Positions 37,355-47,857 of a DNA stretch of 64,000 nt are shown one piece after another. Numbering within the stretch: the stretch's first letter is position 1; each line of letters opens with the position of its first letter. A program made the position numbers and the translations under genes. The notes below the pieces were generated by a model, which ran no database searches, was not told where the DNA came from, and saw only the letters and a list, made by a program, of their open reading frames with translations. The stretch lies in contig JBBTQS010000002.1 of the NCBI GenBank assembly GCA_038065555.1, positions 26,399 through 90,398 of the forward strand, written 5' to 3'. Origin of the DNA: Patescibacteria group bacterium. GTDB taxonomy: Bacteria; Patescibacteriota; Patescibacteriia; Magasanikbacterales; JBBTQS01.

Positions 37355-39199
37355 TTACTTCCACGCGCCTGATGTCTCGATATACCACGAAGTCACAGAG
37401 GTAAATCGATCAGCAGGTGTGATGAGACGTGTAGGAATCATCGTGTGCACCGATTTGCGCTGTACGTAGACGTATGACGGATTGTACAGGAAGATCGCGG
37501 GAATATCTTTGTCGAGTTGCTCCTGGAACGACTGGTATCGTTGCGCTTTCACAGTGAGGTCATCTGTTGCGCGGGCCTGATCGAGAGCGACATCAGCGCG
37601 GCCACTGCTCACGTATTGCGCAAAGTTGAGTCCGGGGTACTTCGCTTGCGACGAGTGCCAGAATGGATATGGATCCAAATCCTCTCCAAGCACCTGTCCG
37701 AAAAGAAGTACATCGTACGAACGATCTTTGAGTATCTGATCACGAAGTGCATCTGGTGCGACACGCTTGATCGTCACCATAACACCGATACGCTGCCAAT
37801 AGGTCTGCACTGCTTGGGCAGATTCGATTGCTTCTGGTGTATCTACGGTCGTGATTGCCACGGTCAGAATATCACCCTTTTTGTTTTTTCGGAAGACTTG
37901 TTGTGACGCAGGTGCGCCAAGGGTGTCGTCCTCTGTGAGCACGGTGCGACTGATCTCACTCCATCCAGCGGTGGTGAGTTCTTTGGACGCTTGTTCAACG
38001 TTGTAGCTGAGTGGATCTGTGCCAGATCGGTATCCTGGGGTTCCAGGAGGCATCGGGCCAGAGAGCGCGGTGCCCTTGTTGAGCAATACGCGGTTGACGA
38101 TCTCTTGCTTGTTCACAGCGAGTGCAAGCGCACGACGTACACCAACCGATTGCGCCGCAGTGAACTGTGTTGTGTTGAAGAACAACGCAGTGTATTGCGG
38201 CAAGGGGAGCGTGTGCACGTCTACACTACGCTTTTGCACATCATCTACGCGCGATCGAGGGACGAAATGAATGCCATCAATCTGCTGATTGGTGAATGCG
38301 ACGAGCGTAGACTCGATATCTGGGAAGTATGCAAATGAAAGGGTTTCGATGAACGGTGCGCTGCGATGATACTGCGTGTTGCGCGTGAGACTATATCGAA
38401 GGATCGAACCAGTGCGGCTCTTGGTCAGCGCATTGAACATAAATGGACCTGCACCAATAGGATGCAAATTAGCATCTGCAAGGCGCATGGACTGAGGCGC
38501 AACGTCTTTCCACACATGTCGTGGCAAAATACCCGTGGTCAGCAAATACGGAAACGCTGGATAGTTGCGATTGACGGTGAATACAACGGTGCGGTCGTCG
38601 GATTTGCGCGCACTGACTCCTTGCCACCCTGAGCGCTGTGGAGAACCTGCAGTGCCGTCCTGTATGCGCTCAACAGTGAAGATAACATCGTCAGCTGTGA
38701 TGGGTTCTCCATCATGCCAACGCAAGTGCTCACGCAATGTCACGGTATAAGTTGCGCTGCTCGTAGTCACATGGAACTGCTCTGCAAGATCAGGTTCGAG
38801 TGTTCCATCTGCATTGGTAGCGAGCAGTCCTGCAAAGATGAGACGAGACAGATCTCGATCCGCGTCAGTTGTGGCAAACAGCGGATTCACAAAGCGTGGC
38901 GATCCTACAACACCCTCGGTGTATTCACCGCCGACTGCCGGGACAATGATCCGATGCGTACGCGCATATCCAAGAAATGCGAGGACGCATCCAATCACCA
39001 GAATCGAACAGCCAGCAGCCCACATCCAGAATTCACGTCGCGTCATGAAGCGAAAGAAGTAGCGAAATTGAGCCCGCGTGGGTATGCGGGTACGGGCTGC
39101 ACTTGCAACCAATTGTCGATCATGACGTCTCAGGCGTGCAAGGCGCACAGCCATGGCGCCAGTACGAGCGCGCGAGCGCAAAAAGCGCATACGGTGCAA
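37355..39199 (-). CDS. ABC transporter substrate-binding protein, family 5 (peptide/nickel/opine type), membrane-anchored
   Basis: SBP_bac_5-like length and motifs. N-terminal Arg-rich segment plus TM anchor instead of a lipobox. Confidence 0.7.
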   Translation of the reverse strand: MHRMRFLRSRARTGAMAVRLARLRRHDRQLVASAARTRIPTRAQFRYFFRFMTRREFWMWAAGCSILVIGCVLAFLGYARTHRIIVPAVGGEYTEGVVGSPRFVNPLFATTDADRDLSRLIFAGLLATNADGTLEPDLAEQFHVTTSSATYTVTLREHLRWHDGEPITADDVIFTVERIQDGTAGSPQRSGWQGVSARKSDDRTVVFTVNRNYPAFPYLLTTGILPRHVWKDVAPQSMRLADANLHPIGAGPFMFNALTKSRTGSILRYSLTRNTQYHRSAPFIETLSFAYFPDIESTLVAFTNQQIDGIHFVPRSRVDDVQKRSVDVHTLPLPQYTALFFNTTQFTAAQSVGVRRALALAVNKQEIVNRVLLNKGTALSGPMPPGTPGYRSGTDPLSYNVEQASKELTTAGWSEISRTVLTEDDTLGAPASQQVFRKNKKGDILTVAITTVDTPEAIESAQAVQTYWQRIGVMVTIKRVAPDALRDQILKDRSYDVLLFGQVLGEDLDPYPFWHSSQAKYPGLNFAQYVSSGRADVALDQARATDDLTVKAQRYQSFQEQLDKDIPAIFLYNPSYVYVQRKSVHTMIPTRLITPADRFTSVTSWYIETSGAWK

Positions 39200-39202
39200 C
39201 CA

Positions 39203-39415
39203 TTAAGCAACGAGCAAGTGGAGCGTTGTCGTTCCGAAGAAGAGAACCGCAAACACAATCGTTGCGTAGAAAATGCTTTTTTCAATACCACGCTTGGTGC
39301 TGTATACCGCACCGGAGCCACCAAAAGCGCTTCCAAGGCCGGAGCCCTTTTGCTGTACAAGAATGCACGCAATGAGTCCAATAGCGAATAACCACTCTAA
39401 AATCTGGAAAGTCAT
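39203..39415 (-). CDS. secG: Preprotein translocase subunit SecG
   Basis: MTFQILEWLFAIGLIACILVQQKGSGLGSAFGG matches the SecG N-terminal helix plus glycine-rich loop. Start taken at the internal Met. Confidence 0.7.
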   Translation of the reverse strand: MTFQILEWLFAIGLIACILVQQKGSGLGSAFGGSGAVYSTKRGIEKSIFYATIVFAVLFFGTTTLHLLVA

Positions 39416-39514
39416 ACAGGAATTCAGTGGGCTCACTATACCAATGAGAGGCAAAATCGTCAAGAACTGCCGCCAGATTCGCATCTATGGTATAATCTGC
39501 TCGTTCTCTTTTCT

Positions 39515-40261
39515 TTGTATACTATGGAGGAATCTGGAGGGGTAGCGAAGCACGGGATTCATCGTCATCCGTGGCATTGGGTGGCGTTGGCTCTTGTTAT
39601 TTTGATCGCCATTCTCTTTTTTGTGGTTAGCTTCTTGCGCTCGTATGCGCAAATTGTCCGTGCGCAGCGTGATGGAGTGTCTACTGGTCTTGTAACGAAG
39701 GCTCCACAGAGTACACAAAAAGCTGCAGAGACATTTGGTCCACAACGTCAGGTGTCAGAAGGGGATTTCGCCGCACTTGGACCCGCTGATGCAAAAGTAA
39801 CGATTGTTGAATTCGGCGATTTTGAATGTCCATACTGTGGTCGCAGCTATCCGATCGTGCGATGGATCAAGGAGCGCTACGGCGATCGTGTGCGTCTCGT
39901 CTATCGCCATTTTCCGATTGCCACGATCCATCCCAACGCCGCCTATGCTGCCGAAGCATCAGAATGTGCGCGCGAACAAGGGAAATTCTGGGAATATCAT
40001 GATGCGCTCTATGAGCATCAGGACGCGCTGAGCAAGAATGATCTGGTGAGTTACGCAGCACTTGTCCGACTCGATGTACCCAAGTTCCAGGAGTGTATTG
40101 CCAGTGGCCGCATGCAGCCGCGTGTGCGAGCTGACGTGCAAGCTGCGCTGCAAGCAGGCGTGACTGGTACTCCGACATTTTTCATTAATGGACATCGTTG
40201 GGAAGGATTTGTTTCGCAGCAGCAATGGGAGCAAATTCTTGAGAACTTGTTGAACGTATGA
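39515..40261 (+). CDS. DsbA-family thiol:disulfide oxidoreductase, membrane-anchored
   Basis: N-terminal TM helix. Thioredoxin fold with active site FECPYCGRSYP (CPYC). Confidence 0.8.
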   Translation: MYTMEESGGVAKHGIHRHPWHWVALALVILIAILFFVVSFLRSYAQIVRAQRDGVSTGLVTKAPQSTQKAAETFGPQRQVSEGDFAALGPADAKVTIVEFGDFECPYCGRSYPIVRWIKERYGDRVRLVYRHFPIATIHPNAAYAAEASECAREQGKFWEYHDALYEHQDALSKNDLVSYAALVRLDVPKFQECIASGRMQPRVRADVQAALQAGVTGTPTFFINGHRWEGFVSQQQWEQILENLLNV

Positions 40262-43200
40262 TGACTGTCGTGCGCAGGTTCGCCATTCTCGCTGTAGTTG
40301 TCACCGCGATGCTTTTGCCTCGCGGTGCTTCGGCGTCTACTGCAGCCTGCTGCATTGTGAAGAACAACTACACCAAGAACACCATGGGGTGTCTTGCGCG
40401 TCAGATTCCAGATTCAGAAATCAGCAAGGTGAAGGCGAATCCTGCGCAGTTCGCAGCTAGTTATTGCAACATCTCACTTCCGACAGTATCGCTCACTGCA
40501 ACACTCGCCATCGGTGCGTGTGACACGCAGCCCGCAGCAACCAAGTGCAGCGCGCCGCCAGACCAGAACAAACCATTTTTGGATTTCAAGAAGCAGTGGG
40601 AAGTGGGAGGATTTTGCGCGTACAAGGGGACTGGATCGACGTCATATGATGCGTGCAGTGAAGTGACCAACAATGTTTGTCCAGGTGGATTCAACTACGG
40701 AAATGGTGAGTTCTTTTCTGGTCCGAGAAATGGCGCATTTTGCCCAGCATCCAATCCTGCAGATTTCTCCGCAGCAATCGCAGCGGGTAATAACATCGTT
40801 CCGGGTAAGGAAGTTGTAGCGGATTCCATGGATGCCTGCGTGTATTACGTGGGAGACAAATATTCGGACGAAGCAGTTGTTACGTGTTCGGAACCAGAAG
40901 CAGTACAGGGAAAGAAAGTTTGCCCTATTGCGCCTACAGGCCAAGGGCTGCAGCCTTCGCCGCAGCATCCAACAGAGATCAAGGCGTGTCAGTTGTCGCA
41001 GCATTGCTGTGTGGTGTATGAGGATACGGATAACAGCGATTCCGTAGCAGCGGGTGAAGTGCGTCAGTGTAGTCCAGCAAATGTGAGCTGTAGTACGTTT
41101 GTGTATACCAAGGATGCTGCGGTGACAACCGCGAACACCAAGGATGCGGGCACGGCGTATGACAAGGTGCTCTATCGGACAGATTCTGTACAAAAGACAT
41201 GCGGAGAGGTTCCCGTGTGCTCAGGCAAAACGATTTCCACAGCGCAGGCTCTAGCGAATTTGATCAAGAATGCTGGCCAAACACCTGCAAGTGGTCTCAC
41301 TCCAGAACAAAAGGCAGAACTCGAGGCAGCGTCGAAAAATGGTCCAGTGTGGACACAAGCGTTGTGTGAAGTCGAGGCAAATAATGTGTGGTCTCCACCG
41401 AATCCATCGATCACTGTTGGGCCATATTGCTACACGAATCCAGACAAAGCAAAGACATCTTTGGCTATTCCTATTGCAGGACTCTCTGTTGCGTCGCTTG
41501 CGACCTACATTCCAAATTTGTTCAACTACGGACTTGGATTGCTTGCAACCATGACTGTTCTCGCAATTATTTTCGCAGGATTCCAGTGGGCAACTGCGGC
41601 AGGGAATGCTTCTGCGGTTGGAAACGCGAAGGAAATCATGATCAGCGCTTTTGCAGCGCTCTTTGTGGCGCTGGGAAGTTTCACATTGCTCCAGACGATT
41701 TCGCCAAGTCTCTTGGAATTCAAGTTACCGCCGATAGCCGCGATCCTGCCAATAGAATTTTACGGCAAGGGTGATGAATTCATGTGCTGCAACGAACGTG
41801 GTGTGTGTCTGCAAGTAGAAGCAACTGGCCCGAATACCTTTGTAGTGCTACGCGATGGAACAAAAATGGAAGTAGGAAAAAATGTAGATCAGGCCAAGTG
41901 CCTGCCATTCAGGGCAAATGGTGAATTCTGCCGACAGGACGGTCCAACAGGGGATGCATGTCGTAAGGTGGGTGGAACGTGCACGGTGGGGAGCGCTGAG
42001 GATCTGACGTCGATCACTTCTATTGCAGGGGATAAGGCAACACAAGGAATGTGCTCTATTTTCTTGGAGAGCTACGTTGGTGGTGCAGCAACGTCTGTAT
42101 TCACTCTCGCAAATAGCTACAGCTTTGGAATAACGGGGTGGCTGGGTGGCAAGGTTGGAAATGCTTTCAAGAGTGAAGAAGATTTGATCGCAGGGTCGAC
42201 CGATGTTGGACGCTGCTACAAAAATGTGGATCGGCGCGTTGCTGGGCAGTATTGTCGTGCCAACTCGGAATGTGCCTCTGGCACATGTGTACGATTGCCG
42301 GATTCCGATGGGTGTTATGTTGATCGCGAGATTGGTATTTGCAGTGATGGTAACAAGGGAGATGTCTGCGATCCACTTGGACACACGTTGGTTGGCGGTG
42401 TGAATACCTACGTGAACAAGAATATTTGTAGGAGTGGACTTTCATGCAATTTCGTTCGAAATACGACAGGCGGTCAGGTGTTTGCTGATCGCAATTTGAA
42501 AGTGGTTGGCAATTATTTTGAGTGCGGTGACGGTAGTATGAATTCTGCCTGTGGCAATGCGATTGCAGAGTGCAAAGACCCTGCGCAGCAGGGCAAGGGT
42601 GGTACATACCTCACAGATGATGTTTGTGAAACTTGGCCAGAAATGTTGAATGTCGCAAAGTGCAAATATGAAGGCAAACGCATTGTAGTAGAAGAAATGG
42701 TACAGAATGCAGGAATTCTCAACAGTACAGTCAATGTCGCGTGGGGTGCAGATTTGACTCTCGCAGTTGGGTCACTTGCAGGCGGTGGACTTGCAAAACT
42801 AAACAAGGCAGTAGGTGGCTATGCGACAGCAGTCGCAGCTGGATTGACGCTGGCAAATGGTGTCTCCCAGGCAGAGCTCTCGCGCAATATCGCGGAGATG
42901 CAGCGGTATGCATATGCTGTAGCGTTCACTGGACCTGATGTGAAGAACTGTTCATTGAGCAAAGGCACGCCCAATGACGCCAACTGTAAGAATGGAATGG
43001 TGTGTACACCAACAGGAGCACTCAAGGAATTGCGCTGTCAGATCAAGGATGGTGGTAAGAAGGAAGGTGATATCTGTTCATACATTGGTGCCATGTCGCA
43101 TGAGTTCAATGGTTTGACCAACTCAGTGTCCAACGGCGACAACTGTGACGAAAGTCTCGGGTTGCGCTGTTCAGTTGCTCGCATTGGCGAAGGCGAAGAG

Positions 43201-43896
43201 CGTGCGGGATTCTGTACGCGCGCAAGTTGGGGTAGTAAGTGCATACTCGCAGAAGGAAAGACATGGGATTACGAAGAAAAAGATTGTAGCGAAGTGTCCA
43301 AAACAGCGCCAAGTGATTTGGGCAAAGATAATGTTGCAGATCCATCGTCTCTAGGCGAGCTTCATCGTGCTTGTTACCGAGATCCATCGAGCACTAATCC
43401 AACTGTGGGCAAGTGTGGAGCGGTTCGCAATCTCTACGAAGAAGATATCGCAGGATTCAAAGTTTCACTCGACAAGATGATTCTGTTCAAGATTCCAGGC
43501 GGCACAGGTTCGCAAGCTCCGCAAATCGTCGAAGCGCCAAAGAAGACCATCGGCAGTCTCTGCTCACGTCGTCCGATGTACGAGGACAACAAGACTACAG
43601 ACGCGCTCGAGCTCGACTGCGCACCGGGTCTTGCGAGCACTGGGTTCGCCGAATGGGCAAAGGCAAAATCATACGCGGCCCAGACGCCATTTGGTATGGG
43701 GAGTGGAACAACATATTTTGCTGATAAATACGTGTTCAACCCTGTTTGCCATTTCGATACACCACAAACTACCATTGGTAAGTGCGCGATTCTCGTAGGC
43801 GGGCTCCAGAAGGATGCGGCAAAGGGCGGCTACCTCCGTACGCTGTACGCACCGTTCGATTCGTCGGCTCATAGCATCGTTGAATACATCAAATAA
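40258..43896 (+). CDS. Giant cysteine-rich secreted/surface protein (1212 aa) with central hydrophobic helices
   Basis: ATGA-coupled to the DsbA gene. Signal peptide (MMTVVRRFAILAVVVTAMLLPRGASAS). Many Cys, including CC pairs, in both halves. Two to three hydrophobic helices around residues 395-475 (…LATMTVLAIIFAGFQWATAAG…FAALFVALGSFTLL). Confidence 0.7.
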   Translation: MMTVVRRFAILAVVVTAMLLPRGASASTAACCIVKNNYTKNTMGCLARQIPDSEISKVKANPAQFAASYCNISLPTVSLTATLAIGACDTQPAATKCSAPPDQNKPFLDFKKQWEVGGFCAYKGTGSTSYDACSEVTNNVCPGGFNYGNGEFFSGPRNGAFCPASNPADFSAAIAAGNNIVPGKEVVADSMDACVYYVGDKYSDEAVVTCSEPEAVQGKKVCPIAPTGQGLQPSPQHPTEIKACQLSQHCCVVYEDTDNSDSVAAGEVRQCSPANVSCSTFVYTKDAAVTTANTKDAGTAYDKVLYRTDSVQKTCGEVPVCSGKTISTAQALANLIKNAGQTPASGLTPEQKAELEAASKNGPVWTQALCEVEANNVWSPPNPSITVGPYCYTNPDKAKTSLAIPIAGLSVASLATYIPNLFNYGLGLLATMTVLAIIFAGFQWATAAGNASAVGNAKEIMISAFAALFVALGSFTLLQTISPSLLEFKLPPIAAILPIEFYGKGDEFMCCNERGVCLQVEATGPNTFVVLRDGTKMEVGKNVDQAKCLPFRANGEFCRQDGPTGDACRKVGGTCTVGSAEDLTSITSIAGDKATQGMCSIFLESYVGGAATSVFTLANSYSFGITGWLGGKVGNAFKSEEDLIAGSTDVGRCYKNVDRRVAGQYCRANSECASGTCVRLPDSDGCYVDREIGICSDGNKGDVCDPLGHTLVGGVNTYVNKNICRSGLSCNFVRNTTGGQVFADRNLKVVGNYFECGDGSMNSACGNAIAECKDPAQQGKGGTYLTDDVCETWPEMLNVAKCKYEGKRIVVEEMVQNAGILNSTVNVAWGADLTLAVGSLAGGGLAKLNKAVGGYATAVAAGLTLANGVSQAELSRNIAEMQRYAYAVAFTGPDVKNCSLSKGTPNDANCKNGMVCTPTGALKELRCQIKDGGKKEGDICSYIGAMSHEFNGLTNSVSNGDNCDESLGLRCSVARIGEGEERAGFCTRASWGSKCILAEGKTWDYEEKDCSEVSKTAPSDLGKDNVADPSSLGELHRACYRDPSSTNPTVGKCGAVRNLYEEDIAGFKVSLDKMILFKIPGGTGSQAPQIVEAPKKTIGSLCSRRPMYEDNKTTDALELDCAPGLASTGFAEWAKAKSYAAQTPFGMGSGTTYFADKYVFNPVCHFDTPQTTIGKCAILVGGLQKDAAKGGYLRTLYAPFDSSAHSIVEYIK

Positions 43897-43960
43897 CTTT
43901 CGTTGACAGGGTCTGGACTTCGTGGTACGCTGTACACCGTTTCATAATTGAACTTGGCGT

Positions 43961-46819
43961 ATGGCTCAACCGAAGAAAGATGTGCTGTCGATTCGTGGTG
44001 CTCGTGTCCATAATCTCAAGAACATCTCGGTAGAGATTCCCAAGAATAGCCTGGTGGTAATCACGGGTCTCTCAGGCTCGGGCAAGTCATCGCTCGCGTT
44101 TGATACCATCTATGCAGAGGGTCAGCGCCGCTACGCAGAGTCACTCTCGGCCTATGCGCGCCAGTTCATGGATCTCCAGGACAAGCCAGACGTAGACGAG
44201 ATCCGTGGCCTCTCTCCAACCATTGCCATTGACCAAAAATCCACAGCGCGAAATCCGCGTTCCACTGTAGGAACGGTAACCGAAGTGTATGACCACTTGC
44301 GGTTGCTTTTTGCACGCATCGGTCGCCAGTTTTGCCCAGATTGTAATATTGAAGTCACGCGCTACAGCACTGGTTCCATGGTAGAAGCGATCCGCAAAAT
44401 GGGACGCTCAGGTCACGAGTTGCTCGTGCTCGCGCCAGTGCTTGTTGATGTCACAATTGATAAGAAAACATTACTCTCGCATGTCGAGGGTTCTGGCTAC
44501 GAGTATCTGCGATTCGATGGCGTACTCATGCAGAAGAGCGAATTGGATGCCATTGAGATCATGTCCAAGGTTCCACATACACTCGATGTAGTTGTAGGAC
44601 GTGTTTCGGATGTGAAGAAGGCAAATATTGCTTCGTTTGTTGATGCGGCGTTGCGATTGGGCAATGGCCACGTGCTCGTGTACGACACAGACGAGGACGA
44701 AGACACGTCATTCTCCGAACAGTTCGTGTGCAAGAAGTGTAATCGCGAAATGGCAGAGATTGAGGCGCGCACCTTCTCGTTCAACAGTCCTCATGGCGCG
44801 TGCCCACGGTGTACTGGACTTGGTGTTGTGCTCGACGTAGACAAGGACCTCGTGATCCCGAACCAAAAGCTCACACTTGCCGAAGGTGCGATCCAGCCAT
44901 GGACACGCATCACCGGCAACCAAGCGCAGTACCAAAAGGTGCTCGCAGCAGTAGCGGCAGCGCATGGATTCTCCATGGACAAACCTGTGAAGGATTTGTC
45001 GAAAAAAGTGTTGGATATTTTGTTCTTCGGAACGGACGGCCAGGAATACGATGTAGATGGCAAGAAAGTGCAGTACGAAGGTATTGTGCCCAATCTCACG
45101 TTGCGCCACGCAGACACAACGAGCGAGTACATCCGCAAAGAGATCGAAGCGTACATGCGCGAAAGCACGTGTCCGATTTGCGCTGGCAAGCGTTTGCGCA
45201 AAGAAGCGCTCGCGGTGCGCATCGGTGGCAAGAATATTGCTGATGTAGTAGAGATGAGCATCGATGAATCCGCTGTGTTCTTCGACACCATGAAGAAAGG
45301 CAAGGTCGGGGACACAGAACTTGATGATCGCGAACTCAAGATCTCTGGCCCAGTAACGCGCGAGATTCTCTTGCGTATCGCTGACCTCAATCGCGTTGGT
45401 CTCGAGTACCTTACGCTCGATCGCTCTATGGCCACGCTCTCAGGCGGTGAGGCGCAGCGCGTACGTCTCTCCACACAGCTCTCCACAGGCCTCACAGGCG
45501 TTATTTATATCCTGGACGAGCCATCTATCGGCTTGCACCCTCGCGACAACGAGAAACTCATTGAGACGCTCAAGGCGCTTCGCGACCTGGGCAACTCCGT
45601 GATTGTCGTAGAACACGACGAAGCCATGATGGAACAAGCAGATTATCTCATGGACATCGGACCAGGCGCTGGCGTGTATGGCGGCGAACTCATGGCAGCT
45701 GGAACTGTCGCTATGGTGAAGAAGTCGGCGAAGTCGCTCACGGCCAAGTATCTCACTGGCAAGCTCTCCATCACCGCACCCAAGAAACCAAGCGAAGGCA
45801 ATGGCAAGTACATCACGGTTCTTGGTGCGCGCGCATTCAACCTCAAGAACATTGATGTGAAGATCCCGCTTGGCCGCCTCGTGTGTGTCACGGGTGTTTC
45901 TGGCTCTGGTAAATCATCGCTTGTCATCGATATTCTTTCGAAGGCACTCTCCGCTGAGTACCATGGCAGCAAGGCAATGCCAGGCGAGTACAAGGACATT
46001 AAGGGCATTGAGAACGTAGACAAGGTTATTGCCATCGACCAGACACCAATTGGCCGAACACCTCGCAGCAACCCCGCGACGTATACTGGCGTGTTCACGC
46101 TCATTCGCGATCTCTTCACTGAAGTACCAGAGGCGCAGTTGCGTGGCTATGATGCTGGCAAGTTCTCATTCAATGTGAAAGGCGGCGGTCGCTGCGAAGC
46201 ATGTTCTGGTGACGGCTCGGTTCGCATTCCAATGCAATTCCTCTCTGACGTATTCGTAGAATGCGCAGAATGTGGCGGCAAGCGCTACAACCAGGAAGCA
46301 CTCGAGATCCACTACAAAGGTAAGACCATTGCCGACGTGCTCGGTATGACTGTGGAAGAGTCTGCACGCTTCTTCAGCGACATTCCAGCCATCGCTGACA
46401 AGATGCAGATCCTGCGCGATGTGGGCCTCGGCTACGTGTCTCTTGGCCAATCTGCAACCACGCTCTCAGGCGGTGAAGCGCAGCGCATCAAGCTCGCAAC
46501 CGAACTCTCTCGCCGCGCGACAGGCAAGACACTCTACATTCTTGACGAGCCTACAACCGGTCTCCACTTCGCAGACATTGAGCAATTGCTCGGCGTGTTG
46601 CGCCAGCTCGTAGACAAGGGCAACTCTGTCCTCGTGATCGAGCACAACTCCGATGTGATCCGCTGCGCAGACTGGATCATCGACATGGGACCAGAAGGCG
46701 GCAAACGTGGTGGTGAAGTTGTTGCCGAAGGTACGCCAGCTGACATCATGAAGAACAAGAAGAGTATGACTGGCTTGTATCTCAAGAGTTACAAGGAGTC
46801 ACGCGCCAAAGCAGCGTAA
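43961..46819 (+). CDS. uvrA: Excinuclease ABC subunit A
   Basis: Two ABC ATPase modules ([25 protein letters not shown]), Zn-finger Cys clusters, 952 aa. A TTGACA-17-TACGCT promoter lies upstream at about 43905-43935. Confidence 0.95.
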   Translation: MAQPKKDVLSIRGARVHNLKNISVEIPKNSLVVITGLSGSGKSSLAFDTIYAEGQRRYAESLSAYARQFMDLQDKPDVDEIRGLSPTIAIDQKSTARNPRSTVGTVTEVYDHLRLLFARIGRQFCPDCNIEVTRYSTGSMVEAIRKMGRSGHELLVLAPVLVDVTIDKKTLLSHVEGSGYEYLRFDGVLMQKSELDAIEIMSKVPHTLDVVVGRVSDVKKANIASFVDAALRLGNGHVLVYDTDEDEDTSFSEQFVCKKCNREMAEIEARTFSFNSPHGACPRCTGLGVVLDVDKDLVIPNQKLTLAEGAIQPWTRITGNQAQYQKVLAAVAAAHGFSMDKPVKDLSKKVLDILFFGTDGQEYDVDGKKVQYEGIVPNLTLRHADTTSEYIRKEIEAYMRESTCPICAGKRLRKEALAVRIGGKNIADVVEMSIDESAVFFDTMKKGKVGDTELDDRELKISGPVTREILLRIADLNRVGLEYLTLDRSMATLSGGEAQRVRLSTQLSTGLTGVIYILDEPSIGLHPRDNEKLIETLKALRDLGNSVIVVEHDEAMMEQADYLMDIGPGAGVYGGELMAAGTVAMVKKSAKSLTAKYLTGKLSITAPKKPSEGNGKYITVLGARAFNLKNIDVKIPLGRLVCVTGVSGSGKSSLVIDILSKALSAEYHGSKAMPGEYKDIKGIENVDKVIAIDQTPIGRTPRSNPATYTGVFTLIRDLFTEVPEAQLRGYDAGKFSFNVKGGGRCEACSGDGSVRIPMQFLSDVFVECAECGGKRYNQEALEIHYKGKTIADVLGMTVEESARFFSDIPAIADKMQILRDVGLGYVSLGQSATTLSGGEAQRIKLATELSRRATGKTLYILDEPTTGLHFADIEQLLGVLRQLVDKGNSVLVIEHNSDVIRCADWIIDMGPEGGKRGGEVVAEGTPADIMKNKKSMTGLYLKSYKESRAKAA

Positions 46820-46834
46820 GCGAGGTGCTTGCGC

Positions 46835-46872
46835 AAAACAAAACACCGGCGGCCGCCGGTGTTTTGTTTTTG
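46835..46872. terminator. Bidirectional terminator between convergent uvrA and rplS
   Basis: AAAACAAAACACCGGCGGC/GCCGCCGGTGTTTTGTTTT: a perfect stem flanked by A-run and T-run on both sides. Confidence 0.6.
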
Positions 46873-46883
46873 TGATCACGTTT

Positions 46884-47264
46884 TTATTTCGTCGCAGCCG
46901 CTTTCTTTTCGCTTGGCGCCTTGATCTCTTTCATTTTCTTTTTAAATTTCGGATCGCGGACGTAAGCAATCTTTGCGCGGCGGACTTTGTACTGAGCGAC
47001 CAACTCGATTTCTGCGATAACTGGCGAGTGGATCGGGAGGATCTTCTCAACGCCTACACCTTCGGATACCTTGCGGACCGTAATGGTCGCACCTGGCTCA
47101 GAACCGTGCTTGCGGGCGATCACGAGGCCTTCGAAGACCTGGATACGCTCCTTCTCTTCACCTTTCTTATTCACGTCCTTAATGCGCAACGAAACACGGA
47201 CCTTGGAACCGGTCACGATGTGGTCGTATTTGCTAGGAGTTGCAGCGAGTACTGGGCTTGGCAT
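46884..47264 (-). CDS. rplS: 50S ribosomal protein L19
   Basis: KVRVSLRIKDVNKKGEEKERIQVFEGLVIARKHGSEPGATITVRK matches the conserved L19 core. Confidence 0.9.
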   Translation of the reverse strand: MPSPVLAATPSKYDHIVTGSKVRVSLRIKDVNKKGEEKERIQVFEGLVIARKHGSEPGATITVRKVSEGVGVEKILPIHSPVIAEIELVAQYKVRRAKIAYVRDPKFKKKMKEIKAPSEKKAAATK

Positions 47265-47299
47265 ACGAGTTTTCTGATACGAGGCCTAGTGTACGGCCG

Positions 47300-47857
47300 T
47301 TAGGATTTTTTGTCAAGAAAGGCCAAAATTGCCTGGAACGTCTCCTCTGGAGTGATGGTCGATGTGTCGAGCCAGAGGTCATAGTTGGCGGGTTCGAGGT
47401 GGTTGAGACCGTTGTAATATTTGGCGTAGCGGGCTACATCTGAGGCGTCTCGGGCCTCGATATTGGTGCGCAGTTCCTCCGGTGTCTTGAATTTGCCTTC
47501 ATTTCGAGTCTCGGGATTGGCTTGGAGATCCTTCCAGATGCGCGCAACTGATGCGTCGCGGCTGCAATCAAGGAAAATCTTCACAGAATGCGGGATGAAA
47601 TGGAATCCCAGTCGGCCCTGAATAATGAAATTATCCTTGGTTTCGCCCAGTTCGCACTGGAAATTGTCAACATCTGTATCTGTGGATGGGTCAGTCTCGC
47701 CGAGCTTGTTGTATTCGGCCAGCGTGAGGCCACGGCGGCGGGCGATTTCGCGGCGCATGATGCCGATGTCGTAGGTCTCGTATCCGAAATGCTCTGCGAG
47801 CATCGTTCCAACAGTGGTTTTGCCAGATCCTGGGCGGCCGGAGAGGGTGATAATCAT
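47300..47857 (-). CDS. P-loop nucleoside monophosphate kinase, cytidylate kinase-like (archaeal-type Cmk)
   Basis: GRPGSGKTT Walker A at the N-terminus; 185 aa. Start overlaps the rluD stop (ATGA). Confidence 0.55.
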   Translation of the reverse strand: MIITLSGRPGSGKTTVGTMLAEHFGYETYDIGIMRREIARRRGLTLAEYNKLGETDPSTDTDVDNFQCELGETKDNFIIQGRLGFHFIPHSVKIFLDCSRDASVARIWKDLQANPETRNEGKFKTPEELRTNIEARDASDVARYAKYYNGLNHLEPANYDLWLDTSTITPEETFQAILAFLDKKS

